Shown: positions 7,462 to 19,796, numbered from the stretch's first letter. The stretch is DNA of 46,082 bases from Myxococcota bacterium (GCA_041288095.1 JBGGMJ010000043.1:1-46082); one strand, 5' to 3'. The notes: a model not told the origin generated them from the letters alone. Program-made: numbers and translations.

Positions 7462-9257
7462 GACGTGCTCTGCTGCTCACTGTTCTTGCGAGCGCTTGCG
7501 GTGGCGGTGATGCACGCATCGGCTTCACCGTGCCCGAGGCCCTCGCGACCTTGGCGCAAAGCGTGCGCGTACGCGTGGTGAGGCCGACGAGTGGCGATGC
7601 CGCGTTCGATTGCGATGCCGTTGCCTTCGGCGAAGTGACACCCGAGCGACTCGACGGCGCAACCGAGCGCGAGGTTGTGCTCGACGCGGGTGGGCCGACC
7701 GAGCTGGGCGAGCTGGTTCGCAACACGCGCACGCTCCTGGTGGCCGAGGCGTTCGACGCGCCCGCGGCGTTCGGCGGTCGTGTTGCCGCGGGGTGTGTCG
7801 ATCGCGAAGGTATCGATGCGGGAGACGACGTGCTCATCGCGGGCGTGCCCGCCGTCGAGCTCGTCGGCCTGGATCCGAGCCTCGCGTCCGGGATTTCGGT
7901 GCCGGCGGACGACGTGCCGAACCCGCTGACCTTGACCGCCAACGATGCGCGGGGAGTCGCGGTGGGCAACATCGACGTGCGCTTGCGCGTCCTCGATGTT
8001 AGCGGCTCGCCGTTGGTCATCGAGCAGACCGGTGACTCCACTGGAGCGGTCACTCTCGCGACCGACTTTCTCGCCGACCGGCCGGTGGGCGCGGTACGTC
8101 TTCGTTTTCAGGCGCCCTGGCAGCGCACGCCGCTCTCGATCGACACCGCTTCGGCGCCTAGTGAGCTGAGCGAAACCATCGCTGGCAACGTCATCACCGT
8201 CATCCCGGTCACCGGGACCGGAAGCATCTACGCCGCCGTCACCGCGGATGTTGGTGAGGCGGCGCTGGTGCGTATCACGGTCAACGCCGGCGCCCTCGTC
8301 GCGAGCACGCCCGCGCCAATCCCGACGGACTTCAGAATGCTCGTGCGCGTGCCGACGGCGAGCGGTGAGATCATCGCGGGCCTGTGGGGCAACAACACCT
8401 ATCGCGTGCTCGACACCACGAGCGGCGGTTTTGGGGCGCCGTCGCCAATCCCAGCTGGACCGCTCTCTGGGGTCGACACGGCGCTGCCTCTGCCTTCCTG
8501 CGGTGGCGTGTCGCCGCCACTCACGCTCATCGATCCGAGCGCCGTGGGTGCCCCGCTGCTCGCGGTCCAAGCCCAGGGAGCGGGCCTAGGCCCCGCTCAG
8601 GTGCCGTCCTTCGTCGGCGCCGATGACGTGGTACTGCGCGCCGCGGGTTGTGTCGCCGACGATACCGGTGCCCTGCACCGCGCCGTGGCCGTGCGCACCG
8701 CCGCCGCCGAGCAGCTCCGCGTCGAGGGCGTGAACCAGGCGCTGCAGTTGCCCGCGAGCTCGAGCGCCGTACGTTTGGGCGGCGACGCCGACCCGCGCTT
8801 GCTCGTCGGCGTGCAAACCACGAGCGGCCCACAGGTGCGCACCTATGGCCTCGGTGGTCCGTCCACGGCGCGGCGCCTCGAGCAGCAGGGCGCGGTCCCG
8901 GTGGGCGGAAACCCCGAGCGGCTCGCCGCCGTCGACCTCGACGGTAACCAAAGGCTCGACATCGTGGCGCTGGTCAGCGCCGGGCCTCCGGCGTTCGCGG
9001 TGGTCTACCAGGGCCTCGACGTCGAGCCGGCTCTCTCCGCGCTCTTTGGCCTGCCGGCGCCCGGCAACGCCCAGCCACTACCCGACTTCGCGGGCGCGAA
9101 CGGCATCGATACCTTCGCCTTCGACAGCGACGGTAACGGCCGCGCCGAGCTCTGGAGCTTCCACGGGTACATCGAAGCGCCCGTGGTCGGCGGGCCGGCG
9201 CCGCCGGGGCCGCCGACCGCGCTCACCCTGGTGCACCGACTGGACTTCGGGCGCTGA
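7458..9257 (+). CDS. Lipoprotein with FG-GAP/VCBS-like Ca-binding loops
   Basis: Lipobox LASA-C after MRR and a hydrophobic stretch. DLDGNQRLD and DSDGNGRAE loops. ATGA overlap with the kinase stop. Confidence 0.8.
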   Translation: MRRALLLTVLASACGGGDARIGFTVPEALATLAQSVRVRVVRPTSGDAAFDCDAVAFGEVTPERLDGATEREVVLDAGGPTELGELVRNTRTLLVAEAFDAPAAFGGRVAAGCVDREGIDAGDDVLIAGVPAVELVGLDPSLASGISVPADDVPNPLTLTANDARGVAVGNIDVRLRVLDVSGSPLVIEQTGDSTGAVTLATDFLADRPVGAVRLRFQAPWQRTPLSIDTASAPSELSETIAGNVITVIPVTGTGSIYAAVTADVGEAALVRITVNAGALVASTPAPIPTDFRMLVRVPTASGEIIAGLWGNNTYRVLDTTSGGFGAPSPIPAGPLSGVDTALPLPSCGGVSPPLTLIDPSAVGAPLLAVQAQGAGLGPAQVPSFVGADDVVLRAAGCVADDTGALHRAVAVRTAAAEQLRVEGVNQALQLPASSSAVRLGGDADPRLLVGVQTTSGPQVRTYGLGGPSTARRLEQQGAVPVGGNPERLAAVDLDGNQRLDIVALVSAGPPAFAVVYQGLDVEPALSALFGLPAPGNAQPLPDFAGANGIDTFAFDSDGNGRAELWSFHGYIEAPVVGGPAPPGPPTALTLVHRLDFGR

Positions 9258-9318
9258 CTATTTGCGCCCGCCCCAAGCCTTCGGTCATCCTTCCGCGGTC
9301 ACATCATCGGGAGCAGTC

Positions 9319-11095
<1,777 letters not shown>

Positions 11096-11115
<20 letters not shown>

Positions 11116-12748
11116 AGATCTCGCGGCCCGCTACCACGGTTCGCAACACCGCTACATCGTGGAGCTCGCTCGGAGTGGCGCTGAATGGATCACCGGCGAC
11201 GACGACGAAGTCGGCCGGTGCGCCGGGGCGTAGCAGGCCTGGTTGGCCGTCACCGATGACGCGATGGGGAGTCACACAGTAGCGCTCGAGCGCCTGCTCG
11301 AGCGTGAGCTTCTGCTCCGGTAGGAAACCTTGCGGCGGCTCGCCGTGCGCGTTCTGGCGGCTCACGGCGGCGTGGATGCCCCACCACGGGCTTGCCGACT
11401 CGATGGGAAAGTCCGAGCCCAAAACCACGGTTGCGCCCGAGTCGATGAGCGAGCGCGCGGCGTACGATCCACCTTTCAAGCGCTCCCAACCAACGCGCTC
11501 CACCGCCCAGCCCATGTCGCTGGGCGCATGAATGGGCTGGATGCTCGCCACGATGCCGTTCGTCGCGAAGCGCGCGAGGTCGCTCTTCTCGACGATTTGC
11601 ACGTGCTCGATGCGCGGTGGGAGCTTCGCGGTGGCGACCAGCGGCGAGAGCACATCGAGCGCTTGGCGGTTGGCGGCGTCGCCGATCGCATGGATGGCGA
11701 TCTGGTAGCCCGCCGCGGTGATGGCCGCCGCCTTCTGGCGCAAATCGTCGGTCGTGTGCACGGTGAGGCCGCGGCTCTTGGCGTCGTCACTGTAAGGCGC
11801 GAGCAAGGCGGCGCTGCGCGAGCCGAGGGCGCCGTCTCCGAAGAGCTTCACTCCGGTTACCCAGACCATGCCGTCGCGATCCGGCGGTGTCTTCAGGAAC
11901 GTTTCGACGCTGGCCCAATCGTCGGTGACGTACGCCGTCACGCGGATCGGCACCCGCCCCTCCGCCTCGAGAGCATGCAGCGCTTCGACGTCGGCGACGG
12001 TCATCATCATGCTGTGGACACCGGTCAGTCCCAGCTTGGCGACGTGCTCGAAGGCTCGCTCGAAGGCGGCACGTCGGTCCGCTATCGTGGGCACCGGCAG
12101 CAGCGCCTTCACGAGCGTATCGGCGTTGTCGACGAGCACGCCGGTGGGCTCGCCGTTCTTGCGGCGCAAGATGTCACCGCCTTGGGGGCTCTTCGTCTTC
12201 TTGTCGATGCCGGCGGCGGCGAGCACGGCGCTGTTGACCCAGATGGCGTGCGAGATGCGATGGAGCCACACTTTGTGCCCTGGAGCGGCCTGGTCGAGCA
12301 CGGCGCGGTCGGGGAACTGTTTGCCCTCCCACAGGTTCTGGTCCCAGCCGAACCCCATGATCCAACCGCCTTCGGGGACCGTAGCGGCCCGTTCGCGCAC
12401 GAAGGCGGCTACCTCATCGGCGGAGCGCGCATTGCGCAGATCGAGCTGCATCATCTGGCGGCCGAGCATGTCGAGATGTCCGTGGGCGTCGATGAGACCG
12501 GGAATGACCGTAGCGCCCGCGAGATCGACGACGGTTTCGCCTGTCCGCGCCCGCGGAGCGGCCTCGAACACCTCGACGATGCTCGCGCCCGCCACCCGCA
12601 TGGCCTGTCCGGTCTTCCCCTGGTCCAGCGTGTGGATACGGGCGTTGACGTAGAGGGTCGAAGGCTCCCCCGGCGCGGTTTCGGCGACTTTCGCGGTTTT
12701 CGAGCAGGCGGCGGCGAGGAGGAGGAGGCAGGCGAGACGCGCGATCAT
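11096..12748 (-). CDS. Amidohydrolase-3 (YtcJ-like) lipoprotein
   Basis: PGLIDAHGH, KLFGDGALGSRSA, HAIGD, RIEHVQ, GSDFP. Lipobox-like LAAA-C from ATG 12748. Confidence 0.9.
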
Positions 12749-12779
12749 CCCGGGGGAGCTGCCAGAATCGGGAGAATGG

Positions 12780-12808
12780 CGCAACGGCGCGGGTTTCCTG
12801 ATCGATGA
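12780..12808 (+). promoter_or_regulatory. Degenerate copy of the shared CGCAAC-N15 promoter motif
   Basis: CGCAAC-ggcgcgggtttcctg-ATCGATGA. The -10-like box is a weaker match than in the other three copies. Confidence 0.3.
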
Positions 12809-13752
12809 TCCTCCGCGTGGTAAGCACGCAAACGCCAGCACCGGGTTTCGCGAGCCCTAATCCGGTCTACGTGCCGCAGGCTCCGTGGTACGCCCTCCGT
12901 AGCAGCATCCTCGAGGCGAGCGTCGGCATCCCCGCGGATCTCACGCAGGTGCTCGACAAGATCGACCCCACGGGTCCAGGCGAGGGCTTTCCGCTGACTC
13001 ACCGCCAGGCCTACGAGGCGGTCGGCTTCCGGGCGAGCTCCGTCGCGCTGCAGGCGGCCCACCTGGCCATTGGCGCCGTCAAGGACGCACCCACGCAGAC
13101 GGCACTGGTCGCTGCATACACCGCCGTCGATACCAACGAGACCGTCGGCTACGCAGTCCATATCGTCGACATGCAAACCCTCGCCTGTCAGCGCGAGTAC
13201 GTGATGTTCAAGGTCGGTGATGCGCGCACCAAGGGCGTCGGCATGCAGGTCACCGGCACCTGGGACAACCTCATGCCGCATCTGGGCGTGCAAACCATGA
13301 CGATGACGGCCGCTTACGTCGGCCGCTTGGTTTGGGCGCTCGAAGGCTTCGACTTCGAGAACGACGCGACCCGCACGATGATGCGCGAGCGATTCGCGCG
13401 CTTCATGGAGCACTTCGACCTCGCGGCGGCGGATCTTTTCTTCCGGCGCGACGACGGGACGGTCGAGCCCTTCGCTCTCGATAGGCTCGACCACAGCTGG
13501 GACTTCGCTCACGTCGTGTCGAAGAAGGGCCCTCTCCGTCTGCCAACGCGGACGAGTGACTACCAAGACGACGAAGGAGTGCTCGAGGCCGGCCGCGCCT
13601 TCATGCTCGGCGACTTCCGGCGACCGGAGCTCGCCGACTGTGTCTGCCCGGACTACTCCGCCGTGCGCCAGACCGACCTGGATTCACCGAACCAGCGGCA
13701 AGCACGCGCGTACGGCGCTGCCCGTGCCGCCAAAGCCAAGTCGACGGGTTAG
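12805..13752 (+). CDS. Hypothetical protein, possible GNAT-fold acetyltransferase
   Basis: Fills the gap between convergent neighbours with coding-like codon usage. ARTKGVG (acetyl-CoA motif A-like) and GRLVWALEGFDF. Start may be GTG 12817. Confidence 0.65.
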   Translation: MILRVVSTQTPAPGFASPNPVYVPQAPWYALRSSILEASVGIPADLTQVLDKIDPTGPGEGFPLTHRQAYEAVGFRASSVALQAAHLAIGAVKDAPTQTALVAAYTAVDTNETVGYAVHIVDMQTLACQREYVMFKVGDARTKGVGMQVTGTWDNLMPHLGVQTMTMTAAYVGRLVWALEGFDFENDATRTMMRERFARFMEHFDLAAADLFFRRDDGTVEPFALDRLDHSWDFAHVVSKKGPLRLPTRTSDYQDDEGVLEAGRAFMLGDFRRPELADCVCPDYSAVRQTDLDSPNQRQARAYGAARAAKAKSTG

Positions 13753-14789
13753 CGCGGTTCGACGAAACCGTGTCGCAGGAGCTTGACCCGCGTCAGTCCG
13801 CTGCGGCGGAGCATTTCCCAAGCACGCCGCGCGCGTGCGCCGCTCCTGCAATAGAGCACGACATCGCGCCCATGAAGCTCGCCCTGTCGTTCGGCGAGCT
13901 CACCGAGCGGCAGATGCAACGCACCTTCGAAGTGTCCCTCGGCGTATTCGTGCGCTTCACGCACGTCGACGAGCGTCGCCTCGCCGGCGTCATCGACGAT
14001 GTCGGCAGGCAACGGACAAGGTGGTACGTCCGCCGGGCGACGCATGGGACCACAGCTCGGACAGTCGGCGCGCTTGGCGAAGCGTAGCTCTTGCACCTGC
14101 ATCGCCAGCGCATCGATCACGAGCAGTCGCCCGATGAGTGGCTCGCCGATGCCGAGCAAGATCTTCAGCGTCTCGTTGGCCTGCATAGTGCCGAGCATGC
14201 CCGGCAGCACTCCGAGGACCCCGTCTTCGGCGCACGACGGCACCAAGCCGGCGGCCGGTGCCTCGGCGAACAAGCAGCGGTAACAAGGCCCGCGTCCCGG
14301 GACGAACACGGTGAGCTGACCCTCGAAACGCAGGATGCTCGCATGCACGACGGGCTTGCCCGCCGCGATACAGGCGTCGTTCACGAGGTAGCGGGTCGCG
14401 AAGTTGTCGCTGGCGTCGACGACGACATCGCAATCGCCGACGAGGGTAGCCGCGTTCGACGCCGTGAGATGCTCGGCGACCGCTCGGACGGTGATGTGCG
14501 GATTGACGTCGAGCAAACGCCGTTGCGCGCTCTCGACCTTGGGTAAGCCGAGGGTCGAGACACCGTGCACGATCTGCCGCTGCAGGTTGCTGGCATCGAC
14601 CACGTCACCATCGACGAGGGTCACGCGTCCGACGCCCGCCGCCGCGAGGTAGAGCACCACCGGCGAGCCCAAGCCACCAACCCCGACCACCAACACGTGG
14701 CTGCGCTTGAGGCGTAGCTGACCGGCCTCTCCCACCTCGGCGAGCGCGAGATGGCGGGCGTAGCGCGCGCGTTCGTCCGGCGTCAGCAT
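13749..14789 (-). CDS. moeB: MoeB/ThiF-family adenylyltransferase with C-terminal rhodanese domain
   Basis: RYARH, GVGGLG, SNLQRQ, CYRC and CPSC zinc pairs, SCAEDGVLG. Rhodanese DVRE...GHFEGA...YCRSGAR. Confidence 0.92.
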   Translation of the reverse strand: MLTPDERARYARHLALAEVGEAGQLRLKRSHVLVVGVGGLGSPVVLYLAAAGVGRVTLVDGDVVDASNLQRQIVHGVSTLGLPKVESAQRRLLDVNPHITVRAVAEHLTASNAATLVGDCDVVVDASDNFATRYLVNDACIAAGKPVVHASILRFEGQLTVFVPGRGPCYRCLFAEAPAAGLVPSCAEDGVLGVLPGMLGTMQANETLKILLGIGEPLIGRLLVIDALAMQVQELRFAKRADCPSCGPMRRPADVPPCPLPADIVDDAGEATLVDVREAHEYAEGHFEGALHLPLGELAERQGELHGRDVVLYCRSGARARRAWEMLRRSGLTRVKLLRHGFVEPR

Positions 14790-14859
14790 GCGGTCCGGAC
14801 CCTAAAGAGCGACGCGCCCGTTGCGCAAGAGGCCACCGATACGCGACACCTTTGCCGCG

Positions 14860-15639
14860 ATGGCCCCCATCTTTCCCAGCCTGCCACGTCCTCTGCTCTT
14901 CGGGCATCGCGGCGCCAGCATGCACGCGCCCGAGAACACCATGGACGCGTTCGAGCTGGCTCTGCGCCAAGGAGCGAATGTCCTCGAGCTCGACGTTCAT
15001 TTGACGCGCGATGGGGAGGTCATCGTCATGCACGACCCCACCGTCGATCGCACGACCAACGGCACTGGGCCGGTGCGCGACAAGTCGTACGCCGAGCTTG
15101 CCGCGCTCGACGCCGGCTACAAGTTCCTCAATCGCGGCGGCCGGGCGGTGTTCCGCGACCGCGGAGTGGAAGTGCCGCGCCTGCGCGATGTGCTGCAAGC
15201 CTTCCCGCGCGCCGGGTTCAATATCGAGCTCAAGGCTCCGGGGATGGTCGAGCCGACGCTCCGACTCCTCGATCGCTGGAAGCCCGAGAACTTGGTGCTG
15301 ACCGCCGGAGCGGACGCCATCATGCGCGAGCTCGAGGCCGCGAAGCCTTCGTTCGCCCTTGGCATGTCCGGGTCGCAATGCCGCGCTCTGGTCGCTGGCG
15401 CCAAGAACGGCAAGGCCCCCGAGGAGCTACGCGGCCGCGCCGCCCAAGTACCGCCGCGCTATTGGTTGAAGCGCATCGTCACGAGACGCTTCGTCGAGGT
15501 CGCCCACGAGGGCGGGGTCGAGGTCCACGTTTGGACCATCAACGACCCTCGCAAAGCCGCGTCGCTACTGGCTTTGGGAATCGACGGCATCATGAGCGAT
15601 GACCCGGGCGTCCTGGTCGACGCCGTACGTCAGCGTTGA
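14860..15639 (+). CDS. Glycerophosphodiester phosphodiesterase
   Basis: GHRGAS..PENT, ELDVHLTRDGEVIVMHD, NIELK, WTIND, GIMSDDP. Confidence 0.93.
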   Translation: MAPIFPSLPRPLLFGHRGASMHAPENTMDAFELALRQGANVLELDVHLTRDGEVIVMHDPTVDRTTNGTGPVRDKSYAELAALDAGYKFLNRGGRAVFRDRGVEVPRLRDVLQAFPRAGFNIELKAPGMVEPTLRLLDRWKPENLVLTAGADAIMRELEAAKPSFALGMSGSQCRALVAGAKNGKAPEELRGRAAQVPPRYWLKRIVTRRFVEVAHEGGVEVHVWTINDPRKAASLLALGIDGIMSDDPGVLVDAVRQR

Positions 15640-15688
15640 CACTGAGGGTGTTGTCACGGACAACCAAAAGCCAAGGAGTAACGCCCGA

Positions 15689-16240
15689 GTGAACGGACGC
15701 GAGCAGACCCTGGTGTGGATGGACCTCGAGATGACCGGTCTCGATCCCGATACCTGCGCCATCGTACAGATGGCGGTCATCCTGACCGATACCGAGCTCA
15801 ACGAGCTCGATGATCCGCTCGAAATCACCATCTGGCAGCCGCCGTCGGTGCTCGAGGTCATGACGCCCTACGTGCGCTCGATGCACGAAAAGAGTGGTCT
15901 GCTCGAGCAGATTCGCCGCTCCACCGTCTCGGTCGATGTCGCCGAGCACCGCGCCATGGAGCTGGTGAGCCACCATTGTAGCTACCGCACGGCCCGTCTT
16001 GCCGGGAACTCCATCCAGCAAGATCGCCGCTTCCTCGTGAAGTACATGCCGCGCCTCGAGGGCTACCTGCACTACCGGCAGGTCGACGTGTCGAGCATCA
16101 AGGAGCTCGCCGGCTACTGGTATGGCCTGCGCTTCGAGAAGGCGGACGACGAAGGCGCCAAGCACACGGCGCTCTACGACATCCGCCAGTCCATCGCCGA
16201 GCTGAAGTTCTATCGCGAGCGCTTGTTCAAGGAGCGCTAG
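15689..16240 (+). CDS. orn: Oligoribonuclease
   Basis: LVWMDLEMTGL, MHEKSGL, LAGNSI..DRRFL, LHYR.VDVSSIKEL, HTALYDI. AAGGAG 10 nt before GTG 15689. Confidence 0.95.
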   Translation: MNGREQTLVWMDLEMTGLDPDTCAIVQMAVILTDTELNELDDPLEITIWQPPSVLEVMTPYVRSMHEKSGLLEQIRRSTVSVDVAEHRAMELVSHHCSYRTARLAGNSIQQDRRFLVKYMPRLEGYLHYRQVDVSSIKELAGYWYGLRFEKADDEGAKHTALYDIRQSIAELKFYRERLFKER

Positions 16241-16242
16241 GA

Positions 16243-17211
16243 TTAGGGAGTGCTGGCGCGCGGCTCGCTGCTGGCGGGCTCCGCGAGAACCTGCTTGGCG
16301 TCCTTCAGGAGGAGCTCGGCGGTGCTCTTGGCGACCAACACGCCCTTGGGGAAGGTCGTCGATACCACGGTCGCGGTCTCGTTGGCCGGCTCGTACACCT
16401 TCACCATGCGCTCCCTGCCGTCATCACCGCGCAACGTGACCGTGAGCTTGGGCTCGCCAGCGGGCGCCTCGGGAGCCTGACTCAGGGCTCGCAATCGCAG
16501 GACCGCGTCGACCCATGTGCTCGCCTTTTCGATCTTCGTGTCCGGGGTGCTCTTGTCCGCGAAAAAGGATTGAGCGCGATCAGCGGCGTTCTTGTGCACC
16601 AGCGTGCGTGAGCTGCCCTCGGACGTCACGGTGAGCTGCTCGACGTGCTCGCGCGTGAGGTTCACCGCCATACGCTCGATGAGGCCCGCGGCGCCGCCTC
16701 GGAACGGCTGGATCGACTCCGAGGGCACGAGGAAGACCTCGCCGGTCGACTGCCGCACGTAGTAGCTGCCGGTGCCGAACGCCGCGTCGCCGACATCGAG
16801 CTTCACCGGCTTGTCGCCGAAGTGGAGCACCAACGATTGCTTTGGCTCCTCGAGCCCGACCTCTTTCAAGCGCGGCCCTTCGACCTTGCCGAGAGAGCGC
16901 TCGGCTTTCAGCGGCGCCAGGCGCTTGAGCAGCTCGTGACTCTTTTCGGTCGCGGGGAAGCCGCTGACGTTGCGCTTCTCGTCCTTGGAATTCTTCACGG
17001 TCGAGCTGACCGCCAGCTTGCCGTCGTCGTTGTCGACCGTGACGTGAAAGCCGGTGTCGTCCCACTCGACCTGCGTGAGGCGATCAGCCGAGCCGGCGAC
17101 CACGACGATGCTCGGGTCGCGCTTACCGGGCGACGGTTTCGTCCAGGCGACATAGGCGGCGATAGCCGCGACGACCGCGAGCGCGGTGTGTCCAACGAGA
17201 GACTTGTCCAT
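16243..17211 (-). CDS. DUF4340-like periplasmic protein of Gld-type ABC operon
   Basis: N-terminal TM anchor and a LKEVGLEEP...DVGD..GTGSYYVR pattern. Last gene of the gldA/F/G-like operon. Confidence 0.7.
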   Translation of the reverse strand: MDKSLVGHTALAVVAAIAAYVAWTKPSPGKRDPSIVVVAGSADRLTQVEWDDTGFHVTVDNDDGKLAVSSTVKNSKDEKRNVSGFPATEKSHELLKRLAPLKAERSLGKVEGPRLKEVGLEEPKQSLVLHFGDKPVKLDVGDAAFGTGSYYVRQSTGEVFLVPSESIQPFRGGAAGLIERMAVNLTREHVEQLTVTSEGSSRTLVHKNAADRAQSFFADKSTPDTKIEKASTWVDAVLRLRALSQAPEAPAGEPKLTVTLRGDDGRERMVKVYEPANETATVVSTTFPKGVLVAKSTAELLLKDAKQVLAEPASSEPRASTP

Positions 17212-17215
17212 GGCG

Positions 17216-19051
17216 CTACTCCTTGACCTCGCGCGTGACGCGGCGTGATCTGCGGCTGGCGGTGAGCCCCAGCCCGAGGACGGCGGCCGGCACCAGGAAA
17301 CTGGTACCGTAGAACCAGACGGTGTCCTTCTCTTTGCGGTGCACGATCGGAACGTCCTTCTCACTCTCGGGCAGGCCGACGATTTGCTTGTCGTCGCCGG
17401 CGAGCCACCGCAGGCTTTCGACGAGGAACGTGTGATTGCCTTCGAGGGCCGTGACGATGCCTGTGGCGGCAAGGTCGCTGTCGCCGGTGACGATGGCGCG
17501 GGCGACGCCGGGGGTCTTGCCTTCTTCCGTTTTAGCGGACCCGAAGTGACCCTCGACCGCGACCGCGAGATCGAGGGCCTGGCGCTTCTCGCCCTCGTCG
17601 AGCTTGTTGTTGCGGTTCGCGTCTTCCCAGGCGTCGCTCATGCTACGCAGTGTCGGCGATACCGTGAGGCCTGGAGGCGCGTCGGGCTTCTTGATGACGC
17701 CGGCCGCGGTAATGAAAACCAACGGTAGACGGCCGAGTGATTTGCCGAGCGTCGGTACCGAGTCGTGCGACGCGATGTTGTTCGAGGCCCAGAAGTAGGG
17801 GGACTCGCCGCGATCCTGCAAGCGCACCAGGTTCTTGTCGTTGGCGATCGGTACGCCGCCGATCTTCACGCCCAAAAGGTCGGTGATGGGCTGCGCGGCC
17901 GCGGAGTCATCGGGATCGATCATCACCAGCATGCGCCCGCCGCCCTCGAGATAAGCGCGCAGGGTGTCGATCTCCGACGGCAGAAACCCTCGAGTCGGGC
18001 CGGCGACGACCACCAGGTTGGCGTTTTCGGGAACGGCGGTTCCCGCGCCACCTTCGGCAACGCTCAAGCGGTCGACGCTGAAGCCTTGGGACTCGAGCAG
18101 TGTGCGGAAGTCGGCCATCGTGGCCCGGCCGTCGGTCGACTGCACCGCGTAGTCGCGCTCGCCGTGGCCGGTCGTGAAGTACGCCACGCGCGGAGGCCGC
18201 ACCGCCTTGAGCAGACGGTTGTGGAAGTCGACGTCGAGCGTCTTCAGGGCGTTGCGGGCGTTGTCGAGCTCGACCTCGGTCTTGATCTGTTCGTTGCGGC
18301 CGTTGGCGCGCACGAAGATGAATCCGTTGTTGCGGACCTTGAGCTCCTTGGCGAGCTCGATGTCGAGTGCTTGGTCGACGACACGCACGCTAACGCGGTC
18401 GGACGCGGCGGTGATGCCGTCCATGTAGTCCCGAACTTGATCGAGGACGTCGTTGGCCTGCGGGTAGAAGAGCAGCACCTCGACCGGCACGGTCAGGGTC
18501 TTCACCAGCCCCAAAGTCGCCTCGCTCGGCCGCGTGGTCTTGAAGTACGAGAGGTCGACCTTGCGGTTCCAGACGTTGGCCGCGAAATTGATGCCCGCGA
18601 AAGCGATCACCGCCAGGACGACGATACGCGCGGCGCGAGCGCCGGCCGCGACCCTGTACATCTCGACGACGCCGGCGCGCTCGGTCGCGGCGACGGCACG
18701 CTCCATGGCGATAGCGGGTGCGATGGCGAGCAGCAGGAGCGCCGGCCACAACACCTGGATGATCGTCTGCGCATTGCCCGTGGGAACCAGCGCTACGTCC
18801 TTGGTCTGCGCGAAATACAAGAGCACCGCTACCGCCGCGAGGGCGTAGTGCACGACGATGCGCAGATAGGCGCGCCGAGCGTCTCCGCTGGCACGGACGA
18901 CACGCAACGCCGCCAGAGCGATGGCGCCGACGAGCATCAGACCGCCGAGAGCGAGTGCCGCGATGCGTAGGGTCTCGGTGAAGGCGCGCTCGCCGATGTA
19001 CAGGAGCACGAGCGCCGCGGGCGTGAGAATCGGGGGAAGACGGTTTTGCAT
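17216..19051 (-). CDS. GldG-like ABC transporter auxiliary component
   Basis: N-terminal TMs, YFTTGHGE, LVVVAGP, YLEGGGRMLVMIDP, GDSD, C-terminal TM. Confidence 0.85.
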   Translation of the reverse strand: MQNRLPPILTPAALVLLYIGERAFTETLRIAALALGGLMLVGAIALAALRVVRASGDARRAYLRIVVHYALAAVAVLLYFAQTKDVALVPTGNAQTIIQVLWPALLLLAIAPAIAMERAVAATERAGVVEMYRVAAGARAARIVVLAVIAFAGINFAANVWNRKVDLSYFKTTRPSEATLGLVKTLTVPVEVLLFYPQANDVLDQVRDYMDGITAASDRVSVRVVDQALDIELAKELKVRNNGFIFVRANGRNEQIKTEVELDNARNALKTLDVDFHNRLLKAVRPPRVAYFTTGHGERDYAVQSTDGRATMADFRTLLESQGFSVDRLSVAEGGAGTAVPENANLVVVAGPTRGFLPSEIDTLRAYLEGGGRMLVMIDPDDSAAAQPITDLLGVKIGGVPIANDKNLVRLQDRGESPYFWASNNIASHDSVPTLGKSLGRLPLVFITAAGVIKKPDAPPGLTVSPTLRSMSDAWEDANRNNKLDEGEKRQALDLAVAVEGHFGSAKTEEGKTPGVARAIVTGDSDLAATGIVTALEGNHTFLVESLRWLAGDDKQIVGLPESEKDVPIVHRKEKDTVWFYGTSFLVPAAVLGLGLTASRRSRRVTREVKE

Positions 19052-19057
19052 GGTGAT

Positions 19058-19786
19058 CTATCCGCGCCAGCGACGCGCTTCGAGGGCCCGCGTGGCCGCG
19101 AGCAGGGCGACATACGAGAGAGTCACGTAGAAGACGACATCGGAGACGCTGACCAAGCCCTTCTGGAACGGCCGGAAGTGCTTGTCGTGAATCGACAGGT
19201 AAGCGAGCACGTCTTCGAGCGGCGGCGTGGTGAGGCGCGCGAGAATCCACAAGAGAATGAAGACGAGCACGACGCCGGTGCCCGCGATGGCGGCGATGAG
19301 CTGATTCGGCGCGAGCGACGAGCACAATAGCCCCAGCGAAACCGCGGCGGCGCCGATGAGCATCAGGCCGAGGTAACCCGCGACCAGGTGCCCGACGGAG
19401 ATCTTGCCGTTCAGCATGAGGAGCAGCGGCATGTAGAGCGTGAGGGCGTTCATCACCGCGAGCAGCACCATGGCGCCCGCGAACTTGCCCAGGACGATCT
19501 GCCAATCGCGGATGGGAGACGTCGCGAGCAGCGTCAACGTGCCGGTCTGCCGCTCCTCGGCGATCAGGCGCATGGCAATGAAGATCGAGGCCGCCATCGT
19601 CGTGCCCGACGCGCACCAGAAGAAGTCTTGCAGCACCACGGATGACAACCGCTGCTGCGGGCCGACCGCGACGGCGTTGAACAACAAGCCGTCGATGATC
19701 AGCGCGATGGTGATGATGACGTAGCCGAGCGGCGACCGCAGGTAATGGATGAGCTCGCGACGGGTAATCCACCAAACATTCGACAT
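19058..19786 (-). CDS. GldF-like ABC-2 permease
   Basis: RELIHYLRSPLGY, MRLIAEERQTGTLTLL.TSP, IVLGKF; about 6 TM segments. Confidence 0.9.
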   Translation of the reverse strand: MSNVWWITRRELIHYLRSPLGYVIITIALIIDGLLFNAVAVGPQQRLSSVVLQDFFWCASGTTMAASIFIAMRLIAEERQTGTLTLLATSPIRDWQIVLGKFAGAMVLLAVMNALTLYMPLLLMLNGKISVGHLVAGYLGLMLIGAAAVSLGLLCSSLAPNQLIAAIAGTGVVLVFILLWILARLTTPPLEDVLAYLSIHDKHFRPFQKGLVSVSDVVFYVTLSYVALLAATRALEARRWRG

Positions 19787-19796
19787 GGTGACCTCG

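Noticed and set aside
7458-9257. Calling the lipoprotein TraA
   Set aside because: It lacks the Cys-rich repeats and C-terminal MYXO-CTERM-type tag, and has a lipobox instead.
8845-9318. 158-aa N-terminal extension of the OmpA protein in the ORF track
   Set aside because: It overlaps the lipoprotein gene. The RBS and signal peptide point to ATG 9319.
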